A DNA stretch of 64,000 nucleotides from Thermodesulfobacteriota bacterium (GTDB lineage: Bacteria > Desulfobacterota > Desulfarculia > JACQYL01): contig CAXXLZ010000002.1 in NCBI GenBank assembly GCA_963675595.2, positions 2,304,001 to 2,368,000 on the forward strand. Direction: 5' to 3'. Every line of letters starts with the position of its first letter. The first letter of the stretch is position 1. A model generated the notes under the pieces. The model saw nothing but the letters and a program-made list of their open reading frames with translations, searched no databases and was not told the origin of the DNA. A program made the position numbers and the translations under genes. This document shows positions 31,479 to 40,296 of this stretch, one piece after another.

Positions 31479-32855
31479 CTATTCGAAATGGGAGGAGGAG
31501 TCGGATGACCCGCTCGATCCCGCCACAAGAAAGAATCTCAAATCCATTACATTGGTTCTTGTGGGTCCGGTGCGTACCAGACCGCCGATCCGGTCGAAAA
31601 ACCGGTATGAATCATTATTTTCAAGGAACCGACGCGGGTCCAAATTCAGTCGCTTCGTCTCCTTCTGCAATTCCAGGTCCCAGAAGGCGCCCGCGGCATC
31701 CGTGGGACCATCGGTCCCGTCCGTACCCACGGAAACGGTCAGCACCCCGTCAACTCCTTCCAGTTCGATGGCCGACGCGAGAACGAACTCCATGTTCCGT
31801 CCCCCCAGCCCGCCTCCCGTCACCTTGACCGTGGTTTCCCCCCCCGACAGGATACAGGCCGGAGGAGAAACCGGATTCCCGGTCGCGAGTACCTCGAGGG
31901 CCACGGCACAAAGCACCCGAGCCGCTTCCCGGGTCTCCCCCCCGATGCGCGATGACAGCACCACAGGCCGGTACCCCAACGAATTCGCCTCCGCCGCCGA
32001 GGCGGATACCGCATCCAGATTGCATCCCACAACGACGTTTTGAGTTCGACGGAAAACCGGCTCGCCCGGCTTGGGGGTTTCCCGAACCACGCCCTTTTCC
32101 CCGGACCGCAAGTAGTCGCGTGCCGCCGTTGGAATTCGGTCCGTGAGTTCGTATTTCTCCAAAATGTCCAGGCAGTCCCGAAAAGTGCTTCTATCCGGAA
32201 CAGTGGGACCCGAAGCGATCACATCCAAATCATCGCCGATGACATCGGACAAAATCAAGGAAATCAGGGTCGCAGGCGCGGAAGCCCGGGCCAGATTCCC
32301 TCCTTTGAAACACGACAAATGTTTCCGCACCGCGTTGATCTCGTGAATCGTAGCCCCGCACTCCAGCAGAAGGCGCGTCGTCGCCCCCTTCTCTTCCAGT
32401 GTGACGTTTCCCGCCGGAAGAGGCGTGAGGGCCGAGCCGCCCCCGGAAATCACGCAAACGATCAGATCGTCTTCCCCGGCCTTACTCACCAGGTCGACGA
32501 TCCCTTCCGCGCATTCCAGGCCGTTCTTGTCCGGAATGGGATGGCCCGCTTCCACGATACGGGTCTTTTCCGCGGGGCCTCCGTGTCCGTACTTCACACA
32601 AACCAGCCCGCCGGTCACGCGCTCTCCGAGAAGCTCTTCCATGGCCCCGGCCATGGGCGCCCCCGCTTTTCCGGCACCCACGATCCAAATGCGGCGGAAA
32701 GCGGTCAGATCATACGTGATCCCACCAAGTTCGAGTTGGTCCCCGTGGACGGAGCAGTGCTTCAGGATCGCGGCCCGAGGCTCCACAGCCCGGATCCCCG
32801 CCTCGTAAATGCGCCTCGCGTGGTCCCTGCGCACCATGGACGCGTCACGTCCCAA
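31479..32855 (-). CDS. Glycerate 2-kinase (MOFRL/TtuD family)
   Basis: GAGKAG, AGHPIPD, ISGGGSAL, IASGPT, GGRNME, TGPTRTNVMD. Confidence 0.92.
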   Translation of the reverse strand: MGRDASMVRRDHARRIYEAGIRAVEPRAAILKHCSVHGDQLELGGITYDLTAFRRIWIVGAGKAGAPMAGAMEELLGERVTGGLVCVKYGHGGPAEKTRIVEAGHPIPDKNGLECAEGIVDLVSKAGEDDLIVCVISGGGSALTPLPAGNVTLEEKGATTRLLLECGATIHEINAVRKHLSCFKGGNLARASAPATLISLILSDVIGDDLDVIASGPTVPDRSTFRDCLDILEKYELTDRIPTAARDYLRSGEKGVVRETPKPGEPVFRRTQNVVVGCNLDAVSASAAEANSLGYRPVVLSSRIGGETREAARVLCAVALEVLATGNPVSPPACILSGGETTVKVTGGGLGGRNMEFVLASAIELEGVDGVLTVSVGTDGTDGPTDAAGAFWDLELQKETKRLNLDPRRFLENNDSYRFFDRIGGLVRTGPTRTNVMDLRFFLVAGSSGSSDSSSHFE

Positions 32856-32930
32856 TCAATGCATCTCCTTTGTCGCACCAAGCCGTATACCGACAAGCGT
32901 CGCCGCGTTTCGGCGAATTCCGCGGCCGTC

Positions 32931-32959
32931 TTGAAGGCAGGGGGGCACTATGGCATAAT
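32931..32959 (+). promoter_or_regulatory. Putative sigma70 promoter for the Smr gene
   Basis: TTGAAG-N17-CATAAT. Confidence 0.45.
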
Positions 32960-32992
32960 CCCGGCTGGAGTGCAATCCATGGATCAGCAGAA

Positions 32993-33307
32993 ATGAAAGA
33001 GGAATGGGACGAGCCCTTTCCGGAACCCCTGGAACTTCCCATTGAAGGCGTGCTGGACCTCCACACGTTCAATCCGGGCGAAGCGAGGTCGCTTGTGCCG
33101 GAATACCTCCGAGCCTGTGTCGTAAAAGGCATACGGGAAGTGGACATCATCCACGGCAAAGGTTCCGGCACGTTGCGTAGGATCGTCCACGCAGCGCTGG
33201 AGAAGGACGACTTGGTGGAGGGGTATCGCTGGGACGGCACCAATTGGGGAGTCACGAGGGTTACGCTCAAAGAGCCGGACGTACCGTCGGAGAACAACCC
33301 TTCTTGA
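32993..33307 (+). CDS. Smr/MutS2 domain protein
   Basis: LDLH, IIHGKGSGTLR, NWGVT. Confidence 0.88.
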   Translation: MKEEWDEPFPEPLELPIEGVLDLHTFNPGEARSLVPEYLRACVVKGIREVDIIHGKGSGTLRRIVHAALEKDDLVEGYRWDGTNWGVTRVTLKEPDVPSENNPS

Positions 33308-33657
33308 CGGCCCACTGAAGGCGTCGGGTTGCCGCGGGCTCGCAAGAAACAATGCTTTGCAGGGCGTACCTATCCCCGGGAACGACTCGTACTTGGAGTA
33401 CGCCGTAGCTCGTGTTTTTCACGAACCTCTTGAGATTCATTCCCGCGGCCGCGCTTCCTCGGCCGAGATCATTGCAGCCTACGCCTTGCTTGGAAAGAGT
33501 CGCAAGCCGTCCCGACCTTACCACGGGATTCCTGACCGTCATCGGCACACTCTGAGCCGGAGCCAACCCTTCCAGCGTGAAGTTGTCGCCGAGTTGGACG
33601 CCTTGGGCGCGAAGCATTTCAGAAGCTTTGGCGCCGCCCGGCAGACGGCACGGCGGC

Positions 33658-34281
33658 CTATGTCCCTTTCGAAAGCGGTTGATAACCTTCGTCACAGACG
33701 ATCATGTCGGCCAGTTCATCCCAGGTTCGTACCCTTGGGAAAGGATGATCCACCGAATTCCACGGCTGCTCGAACACAATGGGGACAATATCGTGTTCGG
33801 GCAGCAGAAAACAGGTTTCGATCCGATCCTCGACGAAATATCGCACGCCCAGCCGCTTGAGCACTTCAGGCTTCGCTTCCCCCGCGCCCGTGGTTTCGAT
33901 AACGAACGACATGGGGTCCGCGTCCCGCATGACCTGCTTCATCCAGGATGCGATGGGCGCACACGAGTCCCTGGCCGTGACGAAAACCAACGGCTCATGG
34001 CGGGAGAATCGTGTGAGCACCTCCACCGCGCCTTGTATGGGCTCGAGCCCCAACAAGTGGGGCTCGTCCAGAATGAGGCGCGTGATGGGTGCGATCACCT
34101 CCGGGGGCACACCGAAACATTCCCCCAGATCGTAGGTTCGGATGTCGTCATATTTCCAGTGATGATAATGAAATCGGGTCCGCGCAAGCCATAGAAACAG
34201 GTTCATCGTGTCCGCCACAACTCCGTCGATATCAAAGGCCACCTGTTCCAGGGGAACCCCGTTTTTAAGTTCGGAAATCAG
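33658..34281 (-). CDS. HAD-superfamily 5'(3')-nucleotidase-like protein (start uncertain; GTG 34242 or CTG 34281)
   Basis: AFDIDGVVAD motif I, FVTAR, FVEDR, QPWN. Confidence 0.85.
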   Translation of the reverse strand: MISELKNGVPLEQVAFDIDGVVADTMNLFLWLARTRFHYHHWKYDDIRTYDLGECFGVPPEVIAPITRLILDEPHLLGLEPIQGAVEVLTRFSRHEPLVFVTARDSCAPIASWMKQVMRDADPMSFVIETTGAGEAKPEVLKRLGVRYFVEDRIETCFLLPEHDIVPIVFEQPWNSVDHPFPRVRTWDELADMIVCDEGYQPLSKGT

Positions 34282-35207
34282 GATTTCACTCCTTCACTCT
34301 TCAGATAATCGTATGCATTTGCCGCCGCTCGGGCTCCGTCCGCACACGCGGTAATGACTTGACGCAGAGGAGTATCCCGAATATCTCCGGCGGCAAACAA
34401 GCCGGGCTGAGACGACATTAGCCGGTCGTCGGTTTGAACAAAGCCTTCCTCGGTTGTCTTCAGAGGAATTTCAATCGCTTGAAGATCAGGCTGCCACCCA
34501 ACACAAACGAAGACTCCGTCGGCGCACAAGACCGACTCTTCTCCCGTCTTCCCGCGAACTTTCACTCCTGAAGCCTTCCCTTCGCCGAGAATCTCCTCCA
34601 CTTCGACGTCGTAGAGAATCTCGACGTTCTCCCGCGACCGAAGCTCTTTTTGAAGAGCTTCTTCCGCCCGTAATTCACCACGTCGATGGACCATCCGTAT
34701 ATTGTCGGCAAACTTGCTGAGAATCAGGGCCTCGTGAGCCGCCATGTTTCCTCCGCCCACAATGACCAGCGTGGCGTTTCTTCCTTTGTATAAAGGGCCG
34801 TCGCACAAAGCGCAGTGGTGTGTGGCGAGTTTGTCGGCTCCGGGTACATTGATGGGTTTGGGAACGACCCCCATCGCCAGAATGGCTGTACGAGCCCTGA
34901 ACCACTGCTCCACAGCAGTCTCTCCTAGAAAACCTTCTCCATCCGTCTTGAGGCGCCGGAGCATGCTCATGGGACAAAAGGCCCCTTCTTGAGCGGCCTG
35001 GGCGAACATTTGAGTCCCTACTTGAGTTCCCGCCGCGCCGCCGGGAAACCCGGGATAGTTCATCAAGTTTTCGATCATGTACATGTTGCCGCCGGGCGTG
35101 TCTCCGAAAACCACGCTCGCCAGGCCCAGCCTTTGGGCGTAGATCGCCGCCGTGAGACCCGCAGGCCCGCTCCCCACGATCATTACGTCAAACTCCATCG
35201 CTTCCAT
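34278..35207 (-). CDS. trxB: Thioredoxin reductase
   Basis: GSGPAGLTAAIY, CALCDG, GGGNMA, HRR, FAAGD. Confidence 0.9.
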   Translation of the reverse strand: MEAMEFDVMIVGSGPAGLTAAIYAQRLGLASVVFGDTPGGNMYMIENLMNYPGFPGGAAGTQVGTQMFAQAAQEGAFCPMSMLRRLKTDGEGFLGETAVEQWFRARTAILAMGVVPKPINVPGADKLATHHCALCDGPLYKGRNATLVIVGGGNMAAHEALILSKFADNIRMVHRRGELRAEEALQKELRSRENVEILYDVEVEEILGEGKASGVKVRGKTGEESVLCADGVFVCVGWQPDLQAIEIPLKTTEEGFVQTDDRLMSSQPGLFAAGDIRDTPLRQVITACADGARAAANAYDYLKSEGVKS

Positions 35208-35314
35208 GACCCATCCTTTTTCAAGGGATCGGCGTGGGGCACGAAGCGCGTCCCCCCGCCCGCCATTCGATCATAGGGACGCGCGTGGACTTCATCGCGC
35301 CCGTTTCCACTCGT

Positions 35315-35548
35315 TCAATCAGCCTTGCTTTTTCGTTTCCAGAACGCAAGAACTCCCTCTTTGCCGAATTCCAGTTGAACGAGTTCCCAGCCTTCCGCAC
35401 CCTGTTGGTTCAGCACGCGCAGCAACGCCTCGCTTTGGGCGTCCGGAACCTGTTCCAGGGTGCATTCGCCCTCGTCGGAACAGAAATAGACAAGGTGGGC
35501 AAATTCTCCGGCGCTGTGGCGCGTAATGGCATATTCGAAGGTTTCCAT
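35315..35548 (-). CDS. Small hypothetical protein (DUF4177-like)
   Basis: FEY...LNQQGAEGWELVQ...FWKR pattern; GAGGAG RBS. Confidence 0.7.
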   Translation of the reverse strand: METFEYAITRHSAGEFAHLVYFCSDEGECTLEQVPDAQSEALLRVLNQQGAEGWELVQLEFGKEGVLAFWKRKSKAD

Positions 35549-35639
35549 GGTTTCTCCTCAAGTGTCCTTACCGGGCCGCACCCCGCAGAGTGGAAGTGGA
35601 CGGCGCCTGTCAGAAAGCATGGTGCCGATCTCCCAAAAA

Positions 35640-36386
35640 TCAGACGCCGTGCTTCTGGGACACGATCTTCTTGGCGTTCTCGTATCGCCGGGCGACCTCC
35701 GGCCAATTGATGATCTCCATGAAACTCTTGACGTAATCTCCCCGTTTGTTCTGGTACTTGAGGTAGTAGGCATGCTCCCACACGTCACAGACAAGTATGG
35801 GCTGCACTCCCCAGATCGTAAGGTCCTGGTGTTTCTCCGCCTGAAGAATGAGCAAAGCCCCCTTGAACGGGTCCAAGGCCAGTATGCCCCATCCGCTCGC
35901 TTCCACCGCACCGGTGGCCGCCGTGAACTGAGCGCTGAACTGCTCGAACCCTCCGAAGCTCTTCTTCAGGCCCTCCAGCAAATCGCCTTCCGGTCCCGGA
36001 CCTCCCTTGGGAGCCATGTTCTTCCAGTAAAGAGAGTGAAGCACGTGACCCGATCCGTGAAAAGCGAGTTCCCGCGACCAGTGCTTCACCATGGCATAGT
36101 CGCCCGCGCCTCTAGCCTCCGCCAAAGCCTCGAGCGCTTTGTTGAAGCCTTTGACGTACCCTGCATGATGCTTGTCGTGGTGCAGCATGAGGGTTTCTTT
36201 GTCGATATACGGTTCCAAGGCATCGTAAGCGTAAGGCAACGGAGGAAGCATGCAGCCCCCCTCGATGCCGGCGGGTTCGATCGCCGCCACCGCATGGGCC
36301 GTATCGGGCAGAGCGGCCAATCCCAGCGTCACGGCGGCCGCACCGGCTCCCACCATCAAGTCCCTTCTGGAAATCGGGTGATCCAC
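35640..36386 (-). CDS. sod: Fe/Mn superoxide dismutase with Tat signal peptide
   Basis: SRRDLM twin-Arg signal ending AHA; LPPLPYAYDALEP, HHDKHH, DVWEHAYY; AAAGGAG RBS before GTG 36386. Confidence 0.93.
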   Translation of the reverse strand: MDHPISRRDLMVGAGAAAVTLGLAALPDTAHAVAAIEPAGIEGGCMLPPLPYAYDALEPYIDKETLMLHHDKHHAGYVKGFNKALEALAEARGAGDYAMVKHWSRELAFHGSGHVLHSLYWKNMAPKGGPGPEGDLLEGLKKSFGGFEQFSAQFTAATGAVEASGWGILALDPFKGALLILQAEKHQDLTIWGVQPILVCDVWEHAYYLKYQNKRGDYVKSFMEIINWPEVARRYENAKKIVSQKHGV

Positions 36387-36468
36387 GGAAGACTCCTTTC
36401 TTAATCGCGTTATCGATTGCCTGCGCTCCAAATCTTCGGAAAGCGTCTTTCCAAAGACATTTTCCTTA

Positions 36469-36987
36469 TCACGCACCATCCCAGTGCGAATGTTCCTTCT
36501 CCGCGAACCAATGTACCGGATCCACGTAGTATTGGTGCACATCCTCGAACATCAGCAGGTGACCCCGTTCCTCCTCGATCAACCGTTGATAGAATTCCCG
36601 CTCCACCGGATTTTGAGCCTTCTCCGCCAGTTCCTTGTAGAATCGGAGACCTTTGGTTTCGTATTCCATCGCCAGCTTTACGGCCTCCACATCGTCCGTG
36701 TCCGCGTCCACATTTCCCTCCGCATCGTTTCGAGAATTTTCAAAAACGTTCTTTGCGGAGTTCTCGAAAAGAGGGCATTGTGTCGGCCATTCTCCGGTAC
36801 GTTTCATGTCGGCGTAGAGCTTTTGGACGGTTTGAACGTGCTCCCGTTCGGCAATGGCCATGGCTTCAAACATCATTTTACCGTACGCGTTTTTCGTTTT
36901 TGAGGCGGACTCGTTGAAAAACGTATACCCTTCCTCTTCGAAACGAATCGCGGATTCCAGCATTTCCAGGCAAGTGTCGGTGTCCAT
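36469..36987 (-). CDS. Rubrerythrin/ferritin-like diiron protein
   Basis: AIRFEEEG...EREH and AMEYE.KG..FY...EERGH duplicated ExxH motifs. Confidence 0.88.
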   Translation of the reverse strand: MDTDTCLEMLESAIRFEEEGYTFFNESASKTKNAYGKMMFEAMAIAEREHVQTVQKLYADMKRTGEWPTQCPLFENSAKNVFENSRNDAEGNVDADTDDVEAVKLAMEYETKGLRFYKELAEKAQNPVEREFYQRLIEEERGHLLMFEDVHQYYVDPVHWFAEKEHSHWDGA

Positions 36988-37087
36988 GGTTTACCCTCCC
37001 ATTTCTTTTAAAATCGAGTTAACCGACTCACCGCCGTCCTTCATTTAAAATTATAAGACCGCCCCCCATGCTCGTCAAAATGTTGAC

Positions 37088-38482
37088 TCAACCCAACCGG
37101 ATGGTCTTCCATCTTCCACGATGAAATCTTTCGGCCATGAACAACCCCTGGAAGACCATGGAGACCACCATGGCCGCCCAAATGCCCGGTGCTCCCCAAC
37201 CCAGAGTAATCCCCAGAAAAAAAGCCAGGGGAATTCGAACGACCCACATGGCCGATCCGATTACCAGGAGAGGCCCCCTGGAATCTCCGGCGCCTTGCAG
37301 TCCCCCTCCCAAAGTGACGCTCAAAGCCATGAAAGGCTCCGAAAACATGTTGAAGCGAAGATATCTCACCGTTTCCCGATGAACGGCGGGGTCGTCGGTG
37401 AGCAATGAAGCGATGGAAGGAGCGAAAACGAACATCACGAAGGCAATGACGCTCAAAATGGCCATGCCGCTGCCGGCCAGTTGCCACCCCACTTTCGAGG
37501 CGCGATCCGGCTCCGCAGCCCCCAGATTCTGCCCCACCAGAATGGAAGCGCTCATGTTCAGGGCGAAGGCGGGCAAAAAGATCACCGCTTCAATCCGGAG
37601 CCCGTTGGCGAAAGCCGCAATGGAGGGTATGCCTGCGTCGCCCAAGCGTCCCAACAAGTGAAAGACGACCAGGCTGCCCGTATTCCATGCAATCTGGAGA
37701 AGAGCGGCAGGCCACGCCACCGAGGCCACGGCTCCGAGAATTCTGCGAGAAAGCCTTCGCGGTCCGAGAAAAACTTCTCGCCAACCCGTACCGTACAGAA
37801 GGACGAGATTAACGGCCATTCCCAACACGGCCGACGCGGCCGTGGACAGGGCAATGCCCGGATATCCCAACGGCGGGATGGGCCCCGCGCCGAACACCAG
37901 TGTGAAGTCTCCGATCACGTTGAAAACGCCGACCAGAAACATAGTGAACAGAGGCTTCTTGACTTCGCCGCCGGCACGAAAAACGGCGTTACTGATGATC
38001 AAGAGATAATTCGGGCCCAGGGCCAAAGAAAAAATCTTGAGAAAGATGTCGCTTCGGGATCGGACTTCTTCAGGCAACCCCGCCAAAGAAACGATGCCGG
38101 TGTGAAAGAGGACGCCCACCAAGCTGAGAAGCGCACCCAGGAGAACACCGAAAAGGAGCGATTCCCGGGCGCCTCGAACGGCAAGGGCCCGGTCGCCGGC
38201 CCCTACGGCTCGGGAAACCAAGGCCACAGTCCCCACGCCCACCGCATTGGCCACCACGATGAAAAGGAAATACAGCTGAGCGACGAAGCCCACCGATGCC
38301 TGCACTTCCGGACTGATCAACCCCGCTACGTACACGTCCGTGAATCCCACGGCAAAGTTGAACAGCATGATCAGAAGCATGGGCCACGACGTGTGCCAGA
38401 TGCTCTTCCAGGAATCCCCTGAAGTCAGGTTGGGAACCGCGTGAAGATGTGACTTGAGCATGAAATCCGAAACCTGTGACAC
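37088..38482 (-). CDS. MATE family efflux transporter
   Basis: About 12 TM helices; LVGQNLGA, GGLQGAGD, RGRWK C-terminus. Confidence 0.92.
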   Translation of the reverse strand: MSQVSDFMLKSHLHAVPNLTSGDSWKSIWHTSWPMLLIMLFNFAVGFTDVYVAGLISPEVQASVGFVAQLYFLFIVVANAVGVGTVALVSRAVGAGDRALAVRGARESLLFGVLLGALLSLVGVLFHTGIVSLAGLPEEVRSRSDIFLKIFSLALGPNYLLIISNAVFRAGGEVKKPLFTMFLVGVFNVIGDFTLVFGAGPIPPLGYPGIALSTAASAVLGMAVNLVLLYGTGWREVFLGPRRLSRRILGAVASVAWPAALLQIAWNTGSLVVFHLLGRLGDAGIPSIAAFANGLRIEAVIFLPAFALNMSASILVGQNLGAAEPDRASKVGWQLAGSGMAILSVIAFVMFVFAPSIASLLTDDPAVHRETVRYLRFNMFSEPFMALSVTLGGGLQGAGDSRGPLLVIGSAMWVVRIPLAFFLGITLGWGAPGIWAAMVVSMVFQGLFMAERFHRGRWKTIRLG

Positions 38483-38777
38483 TACCTAAGGCTTGATGGG
38501 AGATCGGGCCGTTCGAAGAGTTCGAAGGGCTACGGAGAACCGGAGGGCGACACGCGCGCTTGAGATTAGTATAGGCACCGTTGAGGAACGGCACAAGTAT
38601 CGGCGTGCTCTTACGGAAGAGAAATGTTGCGAAGGTTGGATTGTTGGATGGTCCGAAATCGAGGCCGCAGGCGGTGTTTGTAGTTGCCCGGAATCGGGCG
38701 GGCTTATTGGGCAAGATTTTCCCCGGCAGGGAGATCGATGCCCGCCCCACTCCGTGTGCGGACCACCCGGAAAGTCA

Positions 38778-39005
38778 CTAGTACCAGAACGGCCAGGTGT
38801 CCGGATATTCTTTGTAGCCCACGATATACCTGGACGTTTCTTGATAAGGCCAGAAAGGCGTCGGCGACCGCATTTGGTAGTTTTCTCGTGAATACGGCGG
38901 CTTATAGTAGAGCCCGGCTTCTCCGGTGATGGTCGTACCCACCCAGATGCAGCCCGATTGGACACAGAAACACGCCAACAGAAGAACCAACTTCAGAGTT
39001 TTCAT
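38778..39005 (-). CDS. Small putative lipoprotein
   Basis: MKTLKLVLLLACFCVQSG-C signal/lipobox-like N-terminus; GGGAG RBS; aromatic-rich mature part. Confidence 0.6.
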   Translation of the reverse strand: MKTLKLVLLLACFCVQSGCIWVGTTITGEAGLYYKPPYSRENYQMRSPTPFWPYQETSRYIVGYKEYPDTWPFWY

Positions 39006-39074
39006 ACCCGGCTCCCGTGAAAAAGATGCAACATTTCCAAGCAAGTTCCGGGCCGGCGCCGGCATCGCGTCACC

Positions 39075-39146
39075 AACGAAGAGAAGGTCGGTCTCTCGGG
39101 ATGAGAGACCGACCTTCGGAGGTGGGAGTAAGAATTGACGGCACGC
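39075..39146 (-). ncRNA. Candidate sigma54-dependent small RNA (~70 nt)
   Basis: Lies between a -24/-12 promoter and a perfect 15-bp hairpin; contains ACUCCCACCUCC; no ORF. Confidence 0.5.
39083..39117 (-). terminator. Perfect 15-bp hairpin, terminator-like
   Basis: GAAGGTCGGTCTCTC-N5-GAGAGACCGACCTTC followed on the minus strand by TCTTCGTT. Confidence 0.65.
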
Positions 39147-39156
39147 CCTATGATTA

Positions 39157-39172
39157 AGCAGACTTCGTGCCG
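39157..39172 (-). promoter_or_regulatory. Sigma54 (-24/-12) promoter
   Basis: CGGCAC-GAAGT-CTGCT versus consensus TGGCAC-N5-TTGCW; GG and GC correctly spaced. Confidence 0.6.
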
Positions 39173-39201
39173 GCACGCTGCGCGAACAGTAAACCAGGAA
39201 G

Positions 39202-39214
39202 CAACCTATTGATA
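39202..39214 (-). promoter_or_regulatory. IHF binding site
   Basis: TATCAATAGGTTG is an exact match to WATCAANNNNTTR, just upstream of the sigma54 site. Confidence 0.6.
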
Positions 39215-39448
39215 TAACAAGTCATCTTACACACCAGGGGCGCTCGCCGGCTGCGGACGTACTCAGGCCTCGCCCGTGAAAACCTACGCAACGGTAAGAT
39301 CGAACCAACCATGCAACCGATTCGTAGGTTTCCGGGTGCGCTCCCTCAGGGCTTGCAAATTCGGTTTCAAGCGTATAGAAGCTGGAACGGTCCGCGGTGC
39401 CTGTTCCAAGGGTATGTCGATGGACACTAGGCATTGAAGAGAAAAAGT

Positions 39449-40105
39449 ATGAGTCAGAGCCCGATAAAAGAACTATCCGCCATGTCTTTGGTGGATGTCG
39501 GCCACCAAACCGAGCTCCACTTGAAGATCGCGGGGGTGACCGAGAAGGCCAAAGGCAAGCTCGTGGGCATGGATCCGGGACGTTGCCTGATCATCAAGCC
39601 CCCCGACTTGGCCAACCTTCAAGAGCCCATTTACAACGGAAAGCAGGTCGTGGCCAGGTATCTCTGGAAGGGCTCCGTTTACGGATTCCATGCCAAGATC
39701 GTCAATGTGGTCACTTTCCCCGTCAGCTTGTTGTTCACTTCCTTTCCGACTCGCGTGGAGCGATATGACGTTCGAAAGCACGACCGCATCGAATGCTTGA
39801 TCCCTGTAACCATCTCCACCGCGAAGGATACCATCTCCGGCATGATCACCGACCTGAGCGCCGGAGGGTGCCGTATCATCTACAAGTCGCCTGACCTCGT
39901 CACCCAACGGGTCCACGATGAAGTGGAACTCTCCTTCGTCGTCCCTTCGAGAGAGAAGGCCTTTTCCTGCAAAGCGAGCGTCCGAAATATCCAGCAGGCC
40001 GAAACGAAGACTTTCCTCGGAGTCGAATTCAAACCTCTTCCCGAAGACCTGGAAGAAGCCGTCATCGACTATATCGTAAGAGTGAATACGATCGTCTATC
40101 TCTAG
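39449..40105 (+). CDS. Flagellar brake-like protein (PilZN + PilZ c-di-GMP-binding)
   Basis: RKHDR (RxxxR) and DLSAGG (DxSxxG) PilZ motifs after a YcgR-like N-domain. Confidence 0.85.
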   Translation: MSQSPIKELSAMSLVDVGHQTELHLKIAGVTEKAKGKLVGMDPGRCLIIKPPDLANLQEPIYNGKQVVARYLWKGSVYGFHAKIVNVVTFPVSLLFTSFPTRVERYDVRKHDRIECLIPVTISTAKDTISGMITDLSAGGCRIIYKSPDLVTQRVHDEVELSFVVPSREKAFSCKASVRNIQQAETKTFLGVEFKPLPEDLEEAVIDYIVRVNTIVYL

Positions 40106-40296
40106 CGGGCCGAAGAAAAACGCGATCTGCGGCGTTTCGTTTGATCCCTCGTCACTGCGGTGTATTCCAAGTACGTCCCACTCCTTGAGATTTACGGGGC
40201 TTGCACCTCATCGTTTCTTCGCCGGCCTGCCGCCCCGACTTTTTAAACGGGCTGAGTCGGACATGGGCTTGCCGGCGGATGGGCAACGGCCCGGAA

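Noticed and set aside
33308-33657. 350-nt gap with ORFs on both strands and a tmRNA-tag-like EYAVAR peptide
   Set aside because: No stop after the tag-like peptide, no tRNA-like ends, and no RBS or protein-like signature in the ORFs.
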